In this document: positions 33,466 to 41,094 of the stretch, one piece after another
Position numbering within the stretch: the stretch's first letter is position 1
Layout: each line of letters starts with the position of its first letter
Source of the DNA: Firmicutes bacterium UBA5301
Lineage (GTDB): Bacteria; Bacillota; UBA5301
Length of the DNA stretch: 41,094 bases
Direction: 5' to 3'
Assembly (NCBI GenBank): GCA_002408345.1
Contig: DHRX01000101.1
Location: 1 to 41,094, forward strand
The notes under the pieces: model-generated
Told to the model about the DNA's origin: nothing
Database searches by the model: none
What the model saw: only the letters and a program-made list of their open reading frames with translations
Made by a program: the position numbers and the translations under genes

Positions 33466-34169
33466 TTTCGGCCACCTACCTTCTCCAGGTAGAGTTCTCT
33501 TAATTCCGCTAGTCCCCCTATTTCTGAGCTAGGTCCATAGTAGCGCACTAAACCCTTACTGAGAATCAGTATCTCATCACTCATAGTTAAACCCACATCC
33601 AAATCATGGGTAATCATAACCACAGTTCTTCGTTGGTCCTTTAAACCTTTAAGCACCGAGTTCAACAAGCCAATAGCCTGTTGATCTAGACCGGTATGAG
33701 GCTCGTCCAAAAAAAGAATCCGTGGGTTATGAAGTATTGCCCGGGCAATAGCTAAACGCTGTTGCATTCCCCGAGAAAAGACGCGAACAGGATCGTTAAA
33801 AAACAAGTTTAACCCAACCTCAGCAATAACTTCATCAACCCGTTCCTCTAAGTTTGGAATCTGGTATAGTCGTCCATAAAAAAGAAGGTTCTCCCGAGCG
33901 GTCAAATTACCATAAAGGTAGGAATGATGGGAGATAACCCCAATCATTCCCCTTAATTGGGTCGTATTATCCTCAACTTTTTCCCCAGCAATATATAGCT
34001 CACCGCTAGATGGTAGGGTTAACAGGGCTAATATTTTCAGTAAGGTGGTTTTACCTGCCCCATTGGGCCCGAAAATAGTCAGAAACCGACCTTCCTCTAA
34101 TGTGAGATCAACTCCGTGAAGAATCTCCTTACTACCTATCTTTTTCTTCAGCTGTACCGCTTTAATAAT
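33462..34169 (-). CDS. ccmA: Heme exporter ATPase CcmA (probable ATT start)
   Basis: The track shows only the C-terminal 161 aa. The same frame continues upstream through Walker A (IFGPNGAGKTTLLKIL) to ATT-ATT at 34169/34166, just after an in-frame TGA. GGTGGGAAGG lies 10 nt upstream of the first ATT (34169). There is no in-frame ATG, GTG or TTG upstream of Walker A. Confidence 0.8.
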   Translation of the reverse strand: MIKAVQLKKKIGSKEILHGVDLTLEEGRFLTIFGPNGAGKTTLLKILALLTLPSSGELYIAGEKVEDNTTQLRGMIGVISHHSYLYGNLTARENLLFYGRLYQIPNLEERVDEVIAEVGLNLFFNDPVRVFSRGMQQRLAIARAILHNPRILFLDEPHTGLDQQAIGLLNSVLKGLKDQRRTVVMITHDLDVGLTMSDEILILSKGLVRYYGPSSEIGGLAELRELYLEKVGGRK

Positions 34170-34188
34170 AGGTCTTCATCCTTCCCAC

Positions 34189-36186
34189 CTACTTTTGGAG
34201 GCTAGTTCCCGCCTCTACAGCCAAACTTCTTTTGGCAGGCCACAAGGCAACAACCGTACCTACTATCAACAGGTACATTCCAATCCAAATCCAGTACACT
34301 AAATAGTTCACCATTACCTTAAATGTTGCTATTTCTCCCCCACGTTCCCAACCAGCCAAAATAATATATAAGTCTTCACTTAAGTTCCCTCGAACAGCAA
34401 CCTCACTCCGCTGTCGTTCTGGCTCTTGAGGGTTGAGGTAATTAGGGTGAAACTGCAATTCAGGTTTCATAATACCTTTGTTTTTACCATTCTTGGCAAC
34501 CTCTAAAGTCGCATATACACTGGAGTGGCCGTAGACAAATTCTTCATTAAGGCCGCGGTAAGTCAGCTGATAGTCACCAACTGTCCACGTTTCCCCTAAC
34601 TTTACCGCCTGGGACTTCTCAATATCAAAGGGCGCCCCAGCAAAACCGATCATACACAGGGCTACCGATAAGTGGACAATGTAGGCACCAAAGCGACGGC
34701 GATTACCCACTAGTGATTTCCAAAAACTAGTTAATCCCCCTTCGCCCGTCTTTTCACTGCGAACAACAGCGGTACTATTTACCTCTAGAATAAGGTTAAG
34801 AATTACGAAGAAGGCGCTACCGATAGCTAGAGCTGAACCAATATGGCGTACACCAATTAGGTATAAAACCAAAGATAAAACTAGAGTAGCTCCTAGTGAA
34901 TAATAGAAATCAACCGGAAAGAGGGGAGCCCCTTCCTTACGTTTCCAGGATATACGGATACAAGCACCCATGAGAAAGACTAAGGCTATACCTAACGGTA
35001 CATTAACCAAGTTATAATAATTCTGATCTAAGCTGACTTCGGCACCCATAAAGTTTCGGGAAATAACCGGGAAAAGACTACCGATCAAAACCGCTAGGGT
35101 AATTGTAACTAAAATATAGTTAGTTAATACGACGCTACCTTCCTTAGAGAAAAAGGTATTAATTTGACCAGAGTCGGCTACAACATCACGCCGTTTGTAC
35201 AATAAAATGAGGGGCACACCAACTATAATGGCCATAAAGACATGGAATAGCGTATTTAGTAATGGAATCCCTGGGAAACCGTGAACCGACTGGACAATTC
35301 CGCTCCGAGTGAGGTAGGTTCCAAAGATACACAAGCCATAGGAAAGGATAACCAACAGTAAGCTAGTAGCATTCAGAGCTCTATTCCGCTCATGGAGCAG
35401 CGCTGAGTGTAGAAAGGCTGTAGCTACCAACCACGGAAAAACAGAGGCGTTCTCAACAGGGTCCCACGCCCAATAACCGCCCCAACCAAGCTCAACATAA
35501 GCCCACTGTGCTCCGTAAAGAATACCGATTGATAGAAAACCCCACGCTATTAACGACCATAACCGGGTATACTTAACCCAGTTAAAATCTATTTTCTTTT
35601 TAAATAAAGTTGCTACCCCCAAAGAAAAGGGAACAGCAAAAGCTACATAACCTAAATATAAAGTAACCGGGTGAATAACCATCCCTATGTTTTGGAGTAA
35701 TGGGTTTAATCCAACACCATCAGGATAAGTCATGTCCAAACGAGCAAAGGGGTTCATCATAAACGCAGTTACACCAAAGAAAAAGATGGCAATAAAGGTC
35801 ATAATAGCCGAAGCCGTCGGCCTTAGCTCTGCAGTTTCGGTGTTTTCAGAAAAAGCTAACAAAGTTCCGAAGATTGTATGGAACCAAAGCCAGAGCAAGA
35901 GTGAACCTTCTTGTCCCGCCCAAAAAGCTGAAATTTTATACATCGGTGGTAACGCCCGGTTAGTATGTTGAACCACATACTGAACCGAAAAGTCACCGGT
36001 TAAGAGTAAGTAAACTAAAATCGCTGAAGCAACGGTCGATAGAAAAGCCATAACCGCCATTCCACCGTTAGCTGTTTTCACTAAACGCTCATTTTTACCT
36101 ACCAAAGCCATTACATATGTAACTATTGTGTAGATAGAAACCAAAAAACCCGAAACCAGTGCTAAATACCCTAAATCTGCCATCAT
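34189..36186 (-). CDS. ccmF: Cytochrome c-type biogenesis protein CcmF (heme lyase component)
   Basis: The 665-aa polytopic product carries the WWD motif (GGYWAWDPVENAS). Confidence 0.9.
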   Translation of the reverse strand: MMADLGYLALVSGFLVSIYTIVTYVMALVGKNERLVKTANGGMAVMAFLSTVASAILVYLLLTGDFSVQYVVQHTNRALPPMYKISAFWAGQEGSLLLWLWFHTIFGTLLAFSENTETAELRPTASAIMTFIAIFFFGVTAFMMNPFARLDMTYPDGVGLNPLLQNIGMVIHPVTLYLGYVAFAVPFSLGVATLFKKKIDFNWVKYTRLWSLIAWGFLSIGILYGAQWAYVELGWGGYWAWDPVENASVFPWLVATAFLHSALLHERNRALNATSLLLVILSYGLCIFGTYLTRSGIVQSVHGFPGIPLLNTLFHVFMAIIVGVPLILLYKRRDVVADSGQINTFFSKEGSVVLTNYILVTITLAVLIGSLFPVISRNFMGAEVSLDQNYYNLVNVPLGIALVFLMGACIRISWKRKEGAPLFPVDFYYSLGATLVLSLVLYLIGVRHIGSALAIGSAFFVILNLILEVNSTAVVRSEKTGEGGLTSFWKSLVGNRRRFGAYIVHLSVALCMIGFAGAPFDIEKSQAVKLGETWTVGDYQLTYRGLNEEFVYGHSSVYATLEVAKNGKNKGIMKPELQFHPNYLNPQEPERQRSEVAVRGNLSEDLYIILAGWERGGEIATFKVMVNYLVYWIWIGMYLLIVGTVVALWPAKRSLAVEAGTSLQK

Positions 36187-36209
36187 CAGAATGTCCTCCT
36201 AACGCGGTT

Positions 36210-36626
36210 TTACTCCGCACTTCCTTCTTCATATTTTGAAGGGCACTTGACCATTAATTTATCGGCGGTTAATACACCGTTGGCGTCTAGCTTTCCTTCA
36301 ACTATGGCTTCATTGCCGTGCTCAAAATTATTGGGCTTAATACCATGGTAAATTACAGGCAGATAATTTCCGCTGGAATCATCCGGTCTGGGCGCCAAAG
36401 CAAACTTCAAGAGCACATTTTCCCCATCCCAGTCGATTTCATCCCCAACTAAATACCCGCTAACCCGTAGAGGTTTATCAAGTAACTCCGAACCATTGTT
36501 CAGAACCTCTTCCACAGTCTGATAATACGCTGAAGACTTGGAAAACCCAAAGTACATCAAAAAAAGGATTGCAGCAAAAACAACCCCTATTCCGGCAAAA
36601 ATTCTTCCCTTCCTGGATAACGGCAT
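36210..36626 (-). CDS. ccmE: Heme chaperone CcmE, Cys-type (CxxxY) variant
   Basis: The product has an N-terminal TM anchor and an OB-fold-like body (LRVSGYLVGDEIDWDGENVLLKF). The heme-attachment region reads KCPSKY where canonical CcmE has HxxxY. Confidence 0.85.
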   Translation of the reverse strand: MPLSRKGRIFAGIGVVFAAILFLMYFGFSKSSAYYQTVEEVLNNGSELLDKPLRVSGYLVGDEIDWDGENVLLKFALAPRPDDSSGNYLPVIYHGIKPNNFEHGNEAIVEGKLDANGVLTADKLMVKCPSKYEEGSAE

Positions 36627-36719
36627 TTTTTTCCCTCCAGTATAAATTCCTTAAAGCCTAACTCGCTCTCCATTAAATAAACGTCTCTGTTCTATTCTTA
36701 GTTCCATTTTAACCTGATT

Positions 36720-37487
36720 TTATCTGACTTCACCTAACCTCGACCAAGCACAAATTCTTGCTTCTAAAACCTCTATAACCGAATAAAGCACTAACCCCAA
36801 CAAGCTCATAGCAACTATAGCAGCCATCATCAATGCGTAATCAAATTGCCCCCAAGAATCCATAATCAAATAGCCCAAACCGGTTGAAGTGGCGAATGAC
36901 TCTGCAAAAAACAATACCGAACTAGCGGTTCCAACACTAATCCGTAGAGCCGTAAAAACTTTAGGCAAACAATATGGAAATAAAACGTGGCGGTAGAAAG
37001 CCAATCTACCTCCACCTAGGGAACGAATACTGTATACCGCTTCTAAGGGCAAGGAACGAGCTGCGTCCCTAGTAGTCACTAAAATTTGGAAGAAAACCGT
37101 CATGGTAATTAGTAGAACCCGGGAGGAATCGCCTAACCCGAGTAAAACAAAAACCAACGGTAAGAAAACCAGCTTCGGTACCGGGTAGGTCAAGTAGATA
37201 AACGGGCCAACAACCCTATCCACCTCTAAATTTCGGCCTAAATACATGCCAAGGGGCACCGCTAAAACTAAGGCTATCCCTAAACTAACCAGTATCCGGC
37301 GGGCGCTGATTAGACCATGAAACCATAAAGCATTACCTGGTTCAAATAAAAGTGAAACGATTTCCCTAGCAGAAGGTAATTCAATTCCGGATACGATCAG
37401 TGTTAGTAGCTGCCATAGCCCAACTATAACCAGAGCTGCCAGTAGCTTACCGCTAAAACCCCCTAGAGACCTACGTTGTTTAAGCAC
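36720..37487 (-). CDS. ABC importer permease, NitT/TauT (nitrate/sulfonate/bicarbonate-like) family
   Basis: The 255-aa product has about six predicted TM segments and an EAA-loop-like region (DAARSLPLEAVYSIRSLGGGRLAFYRHVLFP). It overlaps the ATPase gene by 8 nt. Confidence 0.85.
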   Translation of the reverse strand: MLKQRRSLGGFSGKLLAALVIVGLWQLLTLIVSGIELPSAREIVSLLFEPGNALWFHGLISARRILVSLGIALVLAVPLGMYLGRNLEVDRVVGPFIYLTYPVPKLVFLPLVFVLLGLGDSSRVLLITMTVFFQILVTTRDAARSLPLEAVYSIRSLGGGRLAFYRHVLFPYCLPKVFTALRISVGTASSVLFFAESFATSTGLGYLIMDSWGQFDYALMMAAIVAMSLLGLVLYSVIEVLEARICAWSRLGEVR

Positions 37488-38232
37488 TTTTACTCTCCTC
37501 CAACCGTCTACGCAAATAAGTAGTTAATTGGAGATACTCGGTAGTAGACCGATACCCCGTACTACCCATACCTGGGTTATCGACTACCTCCACAAGACGA
37601 CCGGGAAGAGATGAGAAAATCATAATTTTGCGCCCCAAAATAACTGCTTCTTCAATATTATGGGTCACCAACATCGTCACTAAAGACCGCTGGTTCCAGA
37701 TCTTTAGTAGCAGTTCCTGCATCTTCTCCCGAGTCAAAGCGTCAAGGGCTGAAAATGGTTCATCCATTAAAAGCAGACGGGGGTTTAAAACTAATGATCT
37801 AGCAATTGCTACCCGCTGTTTCTGCCCACCACTAAGTTGCGCTGGATATGCATCCGCTAGATCCTCAATCCCTAATTCCACCATAATCTCTTCTGCTAAA
37901 AGCTTAGCTTCTTTCAGAGGAACCTTCCGCACCCGCAACCCTAAGGTGACATTAGCCAGCACCGTTTTCCATGGAAACAGCCCATAACCCTGTAGGATTA
38001 GGGCGATCTCGTGGTCACAATCCGCCGGAGGTCGCCCATTAAAGCTTATTTTTCCCTGTGTCGGTTCCATCAAACCAGCTAGTAAGTATAAAAGTGTACT
38101 CTTACCGCAACCTGAAGGGCCAATTATCGCCCAACTCTCTCCCGGGGCAGCTGTAAAGTTCACTTTTTCCAAGGCCAAAACAGAGCGTTGGCGTTGGTTA
38201 TAACGGTAAGCGACATCACTGACTTCTAGCAA
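37480..38232 (-). CDS. ABC importer ATPase, NitT/TauT family
   Basis: The motifs are Walker A GPSGCGKST, signature LSGGQKQRVAIARSL and Walker B LLMDEPFSALD. Confidence 0.9.
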   Translation of the reverse strand: MLEVSDVAYRYNQRQRSVLALEKVNFTAAPGESWAIIGPSGCGKSTLLYLLAGLMEPTQGKISFNGRPPADCDHEIALILQGYGLFPWKTVLANVTLGLRVRKVPLKEAKLLAEEIMVELGIEDLADAYPAQLSGGQKQRVAIARSLVLNPRLLLMDEPFSALDALTREKMQELLLKIWNQRSLVTMLVTHNIEEAVILGRKIMIFSSLPGRLVEVVDNPGMGSTGYRSTTEYLQLTTYLRRRLEESKSA

Positions 38233-38249
38233 TACCGGGTCCTCCGTCT

Positions 38250-39233
38250 CTACTTAGTAACGTAGGTAGTCGTTACATACTGGGCATAAGGCAGGGGCTT
38301 TTTCAAAATTCCTTTTCTCGTCATCCAATCCATAACCAAATCCCACTCCGACTCTGTTGGTACTGTTGGTAAGGGAAAAGCGGGAACTGGGTAGATTTCT
38401 TCGATTCCTTTAGGAATACGACAGTATTCTAGCATCACATTACGAAAGCTCTCAGAATCCGCATTAATATCCTGAACAATCTGGCTGTAGGTAGCATAAA
38501 AACGCTGGAGCGTTTCTGCTTTCTTTTCTAACGCTTGCGTAGTAAAAACATAGACAATCGGTGAAAGATTAACAGTAGCATCGGTGTCGCTAGCAATCAC
38601 TTTAGCCCCCCGGGCCTCCGCTAAAGCCGCAAAAGGATCGGGTAAAGTTGCCGCTGCTACCTGCCCATTAATTAGCATCTCTAGACGAACCGGAACCTTA
38701 GGTATCTCTAATGTCTTAATTTCGTTATCTTTAAGCCCGCCACTAATTAAGAGCTGATAAGTTACAAACTCAATAATCGAGTTGTTAGAGATCGCCACCG
38801 GAACATCTTTTAAATCAGGGACCCCCTTTATTCCTGATTTCGGACCGGCTAGCAGAGCAAATCGCCCTTCACTAGGTTTAGCTCCTAAAGTAATCGAGCT
38901 CATTTTTACCGGCATCTTACCTTTACCGAATAACCCTACCGCCACTAAATCAGTGACAATACCATCTAGCTGTCCAGCTCTAAAAGCGGTATCCCGTTCA
39001 ATCGCACTAGCAAAAGTAATTAGCTGCAAGTCCACCCCTGCTCGCGCAAAGTCCCCACGCTGCAGGCCAACAAAAAGCGGTAATTCATCTTCAGCGGGAA
39101 GAAACCCGATTTTTAGAGTATTCGGTGCTTCTTTCCCTATAGTAACTAAGCTAAACAGACCCACTAGTAGTAGTGTTACCGTTAGGACCTTAAACCCTAA
39201 TCTCAGCTTCGGTAGTACTGACGTTTCAACCAC
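38250..39233 (-). CDS. ABC importer substrate-binding protein (NMT1/THI5-like, NitT/TauT family)
   Basis: The product has an N-terminal TM/signal anchor (VLTVTLLLVGLFSLV) and a two-lobed SBP-like sequence. The gene is in an operon with the cognate ATPase and permease. Confidence 0.75.
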   Translation of the reverse strand: MVETSVLPKLRLGFKVLTVTLLLVGLFSLVTIGKEAPNTLKIGFLPAEDELPLFVGLQRGDFARAGVDLQLITFASAIERDTAFRAGQLDGIVTDLVAVGLFGKGKMPVKMSSITLGAKPSEGRFALLAGPKSGIKGVPDLKDVPVAISNNSIIEFVTYQLLISGGLKDNEIKTLEIPKVPVRLEMLINGQVAAATLPDPFAALAEARGAKVIASDTDATVNLSPIVYVFTTQALEKKAETLQRFYATYSQIVQDINADSESFRNVMLEYCRIPKGIEEIYPVPAFPLPTVPTESEWDLVMDWMTRKGILKKPLPYAQYVTTTYVTK

Positions 39234-39244
39234 TCCCTCTCATT

Positions 39245-39838
39245 TTATTCAATCGTAGCTCCCCACTGTTGAACCACAGAGTTTTCTACCCCCATAACAG
39301 TCAATACTCGGCCGACTACAAAATCCACCAAATCCTCGACTGTAGTAGGGTTATGGTAAAATCCTGGGGAAGCTGGCATAATAACCGCACCAGCTTGTGC
39401 CAGTTTGGTCATGTTCTCTAAGTGAATTAGGTTCAACGGCATCTCCCTAACAACCAGGATTAACTTTCGCCGTTCCTTTAAACAAACATCGGCACATCGC
39501 TCAATTAATGAAGTAGAAATACCAGCAGCAATCCGCCCTAAAGTCCCCATAGAGCAAGGTAAAATTACCAGTCCGGCAAATTGAGCTGAACCGCTGGCAA
39601 CAGGGGCAGACCAGTCATTATTGGCATATAGTTTTATATTAGTGCCATAACATTGGTTAACCCACTGCTGCCGCTCTGAAGACGGTAACTCTGGACAACC
39701 CAGCTCTTGTTGTAAAACTGACCACGCCGGTTCTGATACCATTAAGTTTACAGGAAGCTCTTCTTGCACTAAAAAACGGAGGAGCCTGTCCGCATAAAGC
39801 ATACCGCTGGCTCCAGTAATAGCAACATTATACACCAT
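39245..39838 (-). CDS. ubiX: UbiX-family flavin prenyltransferase
   Basis: The motifs VAITGASG and PCSMGTLGRIAAGIS are present. ATG 39838 has GAGGTGG 8 nt upstream. The track start at 39850 is a GTG. Confidence 0.9.
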   Translation of the reverse strand: MVYNVAITGASGMLYADRLLRFLVQEELPVNLMVSEPAWSVLQQELGCPELPSSERQQWVNQCYGTNIKLYANNDWSAPVASGSAQFAGLVILPCSMGTLGRIAAGISTSLIERCADVCLKERRKLILVVREMPLNLIHLENMTKLAQAGAVIMPASPGFYHNPTTVEDLVDFVVGRVLTVMGVENSVVQQWGATIE

Positions 39839-39852
39839 ACACCCGACCACCT

Positions 39853-40743
39853 CTAAAGTATAATTGAAAGCCAGGTAAAGATGAAAAAGGCAATGGAAAC
39901 GATACCGTTTACCTTGAAATAAGCAAAATTAAGACGGCTCAAGTCTAGAGAAGCGATAGCCGCTTGTTCAACTACTAAAAGCAGGGTAACCAGCGTAAAA
40001 CCTATCCAGTAATAGAAGTTAGCGTTAATAGCAACACCTGTAAGGGCAAAAAAGGTTATCGCCGCTAAATGCAAACCCCGTGACCACCATAAAGATTGGG
40101 CCAAACCAAAGCGAACCGGAATAGAATAGAGACCTTCCGCTCTATCTGCTTCCATATCTTGCAAGGCAAAAATAATATCAAACCCGGCGACCCAACAGGC
40201 TACCGCCGCCCCTAGGAACCAAGCTGGCAAAGGTACCGTACCGGTTAAGGCCAGCCAAGCAGCTATCGGTACTTGTCCTAAAGCAATACCTAAAATTAAG
40301 TGGGTAGTCCAAGTAAACCGCTTCGTATAAGAATAAAAGGTCATAATAAAAATAGCCACCGGTGCCAACATTAGAGCCAAACGATTAAACTGAGCTGCTG
40401 CATAGATAAAGATAGCTGCGCAGACCAGAATAGACCCCATTACTTCCTTACGGGAAAGCAAACCCTTAGGCATAATATGATCGGCCGTCCGGGGGTTACG
40501 AGCATCAAATTCCACGTCAATCATCCGGTTAAAAGCCATCGCTAGGCTACGACCACTAACCATAGCTACCAGAAGCCAAGCAGCTTGTGTCCAGGTTAGC
40601 TTAGCATTAGTTGCCAACATAGCGCTAACATAAGCAAACGGTAAAGCAAAAACCGTTTCATGAAAGTCAATCATCTTGAAAAAAAGCTTGGTTTTTTGTG
40701 CTAATGAAACTGCAGTACTCAATCTATTTTGTACTCCTTCCAC
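39853..40743 (-). CDS. UbiA-family aromatic prenyltransferase (MqnP/4-hydroxybenzoate polyprenyltransferase-like)
   Basis: The Asp-rich motifs NRMIDVEFDARNPRT and DMEADRAEG are present in a polytopic product. An alternative start at TTG 40722 overlaps the ubiD stop as TTGA and has GGAAGGAG upstream. Confidence 0.85.
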   Translation of the reverse strand: MEGVQNRLSTAVSLAQKTKLFFKMIDFHETVFALPFAYVSAMLATNAKLTWTQAAWLLVAMVSGRSLAMAFNRMIDVEFDARNPRTADHIMPKGLLSRKEVMGSILVCAAIFIYAAAQFNRLALMLAPVAIFIMTFYSYTKRFTWTTHLILGIALGQVPIAAWLALTGTVPLPAWFLGAAVACWVAGFDIIFALQDMEADRAEGLYSIPVRFGLAQSLWWSRGLHLAAITFFALTGVAINANFYYWIGFTLVTLLLVVEQAAIASLDLSRLNFAYFKVNGIVSIAFFIFTWLSIIL

Positions 40744-41094
40744 CTTTGGTCCACCAAGACTTTAATCGCCTCATCCATCCTAGCCTCATCTGGCCATTCT
40801 CGCTGAAACCCTTCCTCTTTCCATTTACGGGTCGCATCGATCCCCATTTTAGTACCATACCGTGGTAAGGATGAGGCGTGATCTAAGGTTTCTACCGGCC
40901 CTTTAACAATAGTAATATCCCGACCTGGATCTACATTGTTTAAAGTCTTCCAGACCACGTCCGAATAATTGTGTACATCCACATCTTCATCAACAACAAC
41001 TACAACTTTAGTATACATCATCTGCCCCATACCCCAGACAGCATGCATTACCTTTTGGGCATGGCCTGGGTAACTCTTTTTTATTGAAATAATC
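40719..41094 (-). CDS. UbiD-family (prFMN-dependent) decarboxylase, C-terminal fragment (the gene runs off the right edge)
   Basis: The frame is open to the window edge (IISIKKSYPGHAQKVMHAVWGMGQMMYTKVVVVVDEDVDVH...). This matches the conserved UbiD C-terminal half. Confidence 0.85.
   Translation of the reverse strand, partial: IISIKKSYPGHAQKVMHAVWGMGQMMYTKVVVVVDEDVDVHNYSDVVWKTLNNVDPGRDITIVKGPVETLDHASSLPRYGTKMGIDATRKWKEEGFQREWPDEARMDEAIKVLVDQRWKEYKID

Noticed and set aside
38782-39258. A 158-aa plus-strand ORF opposite the ABC substrate-binding protein gene. I grouped it with similar shadow ORFs at 37628..37987, 33293..33532, 32822..33085, 35732..35971, 16512..16772, 16914..17144, 14294..14605, 14073..14297, 9128..9358, 7604..7816, 3313..3692 and 5277..5468.
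   Set aside because: All of them are embedded, antisense or out of frame, in genes with strong family motifs. Their Ser/Pro/Arg/Thr-rich compositions are typical of non-coding frames, and none has a convincing SD.
1-41094. Prophage, integrative-element or defence-island signatures across the window.
   Set aside because: I see no integrase, recombinase, transposase, tRNA attachment site, phage structural gene, restriction-modification gene, toxin-antitoxin pair or Cas-like gene. The accessory-looking 22-31 kb cluster has no flanking direct repeats that I could find.

Overview
This is a chromosomal, mostly housekeeping window. I count 45 protein-coding genes, 42 of them on the minus strand, and I recognise no rRNA, tRNA, CRISPR array, transposase or integrase. 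The gene content includes a walJ-htrA-rlmH block, a LemA/TPM pair, a YlbF-like gene, SipL-type repeat proteins, a split class I fumarase and variant cytochrome c maturation genes. Together these suggest an anaerobic, probably endospore-forming Firmicute, but that placement is inference only.

From left to right the window holds:
- a pyrG 5' fragment, an MBL hydrolase, argS and a MazG-like gene
- a secreted beta-rich protein
- a pdaD-speE-speB polyamine operon
- a soluble GAF/PAS histidine kinase with a stand-alone receiver
- ald, an MCP, and rlmH-htrA-walJ
- a FecCD/BtuCDF-type ABC importer
- fumarate hydratase alpha and beta subunits, then lemA-TPM-ylbF
- an accessory-looking cluster at 22.2-31.2 kb
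- ccmE-F-A-B-C-D
- a NitT/TauT-type ABC importer, then ubiD-ubiA-ubiX-like genes.

The best candidate for something undescribed is the 22.2-31.2 kb cluster. It has three adjacent genes for signal-less proteins built from a 137-aa beta-rich module. There are seven copies in exact 411-nt register in two of the genes and divergent copies in the third. From memory the module resembles DUF3794/SipL-SPOCS. The genes are interleaved with two GT2s, one GT4 and a Gmd/Rmd-like NDP-sugar enzyme. Strong hairpins bury the ribosome-binding sites of three consecutive genes in this cluster.

Secondary points:
- The ccm cluster is the System I variant with a CxxxY-type CcmE and no ccmG/H in the cluster. It includes a ccmD missing from the ORF track and a trailing Met-rich membrane-anchored orphan.
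- Two genes (ccmA, fumarase alpha) only make sense with ATT start codons.
- The arginine decarboxylase is the archaeal-type pyruvoyl enzyme.
- One secreted protein carries an OMP-style C-terminus.
- The ABC importer has a signal-less binding protein and an ATPase fused to an extra domain.

All family assignments come from motif recognition by eye. No database search was run.
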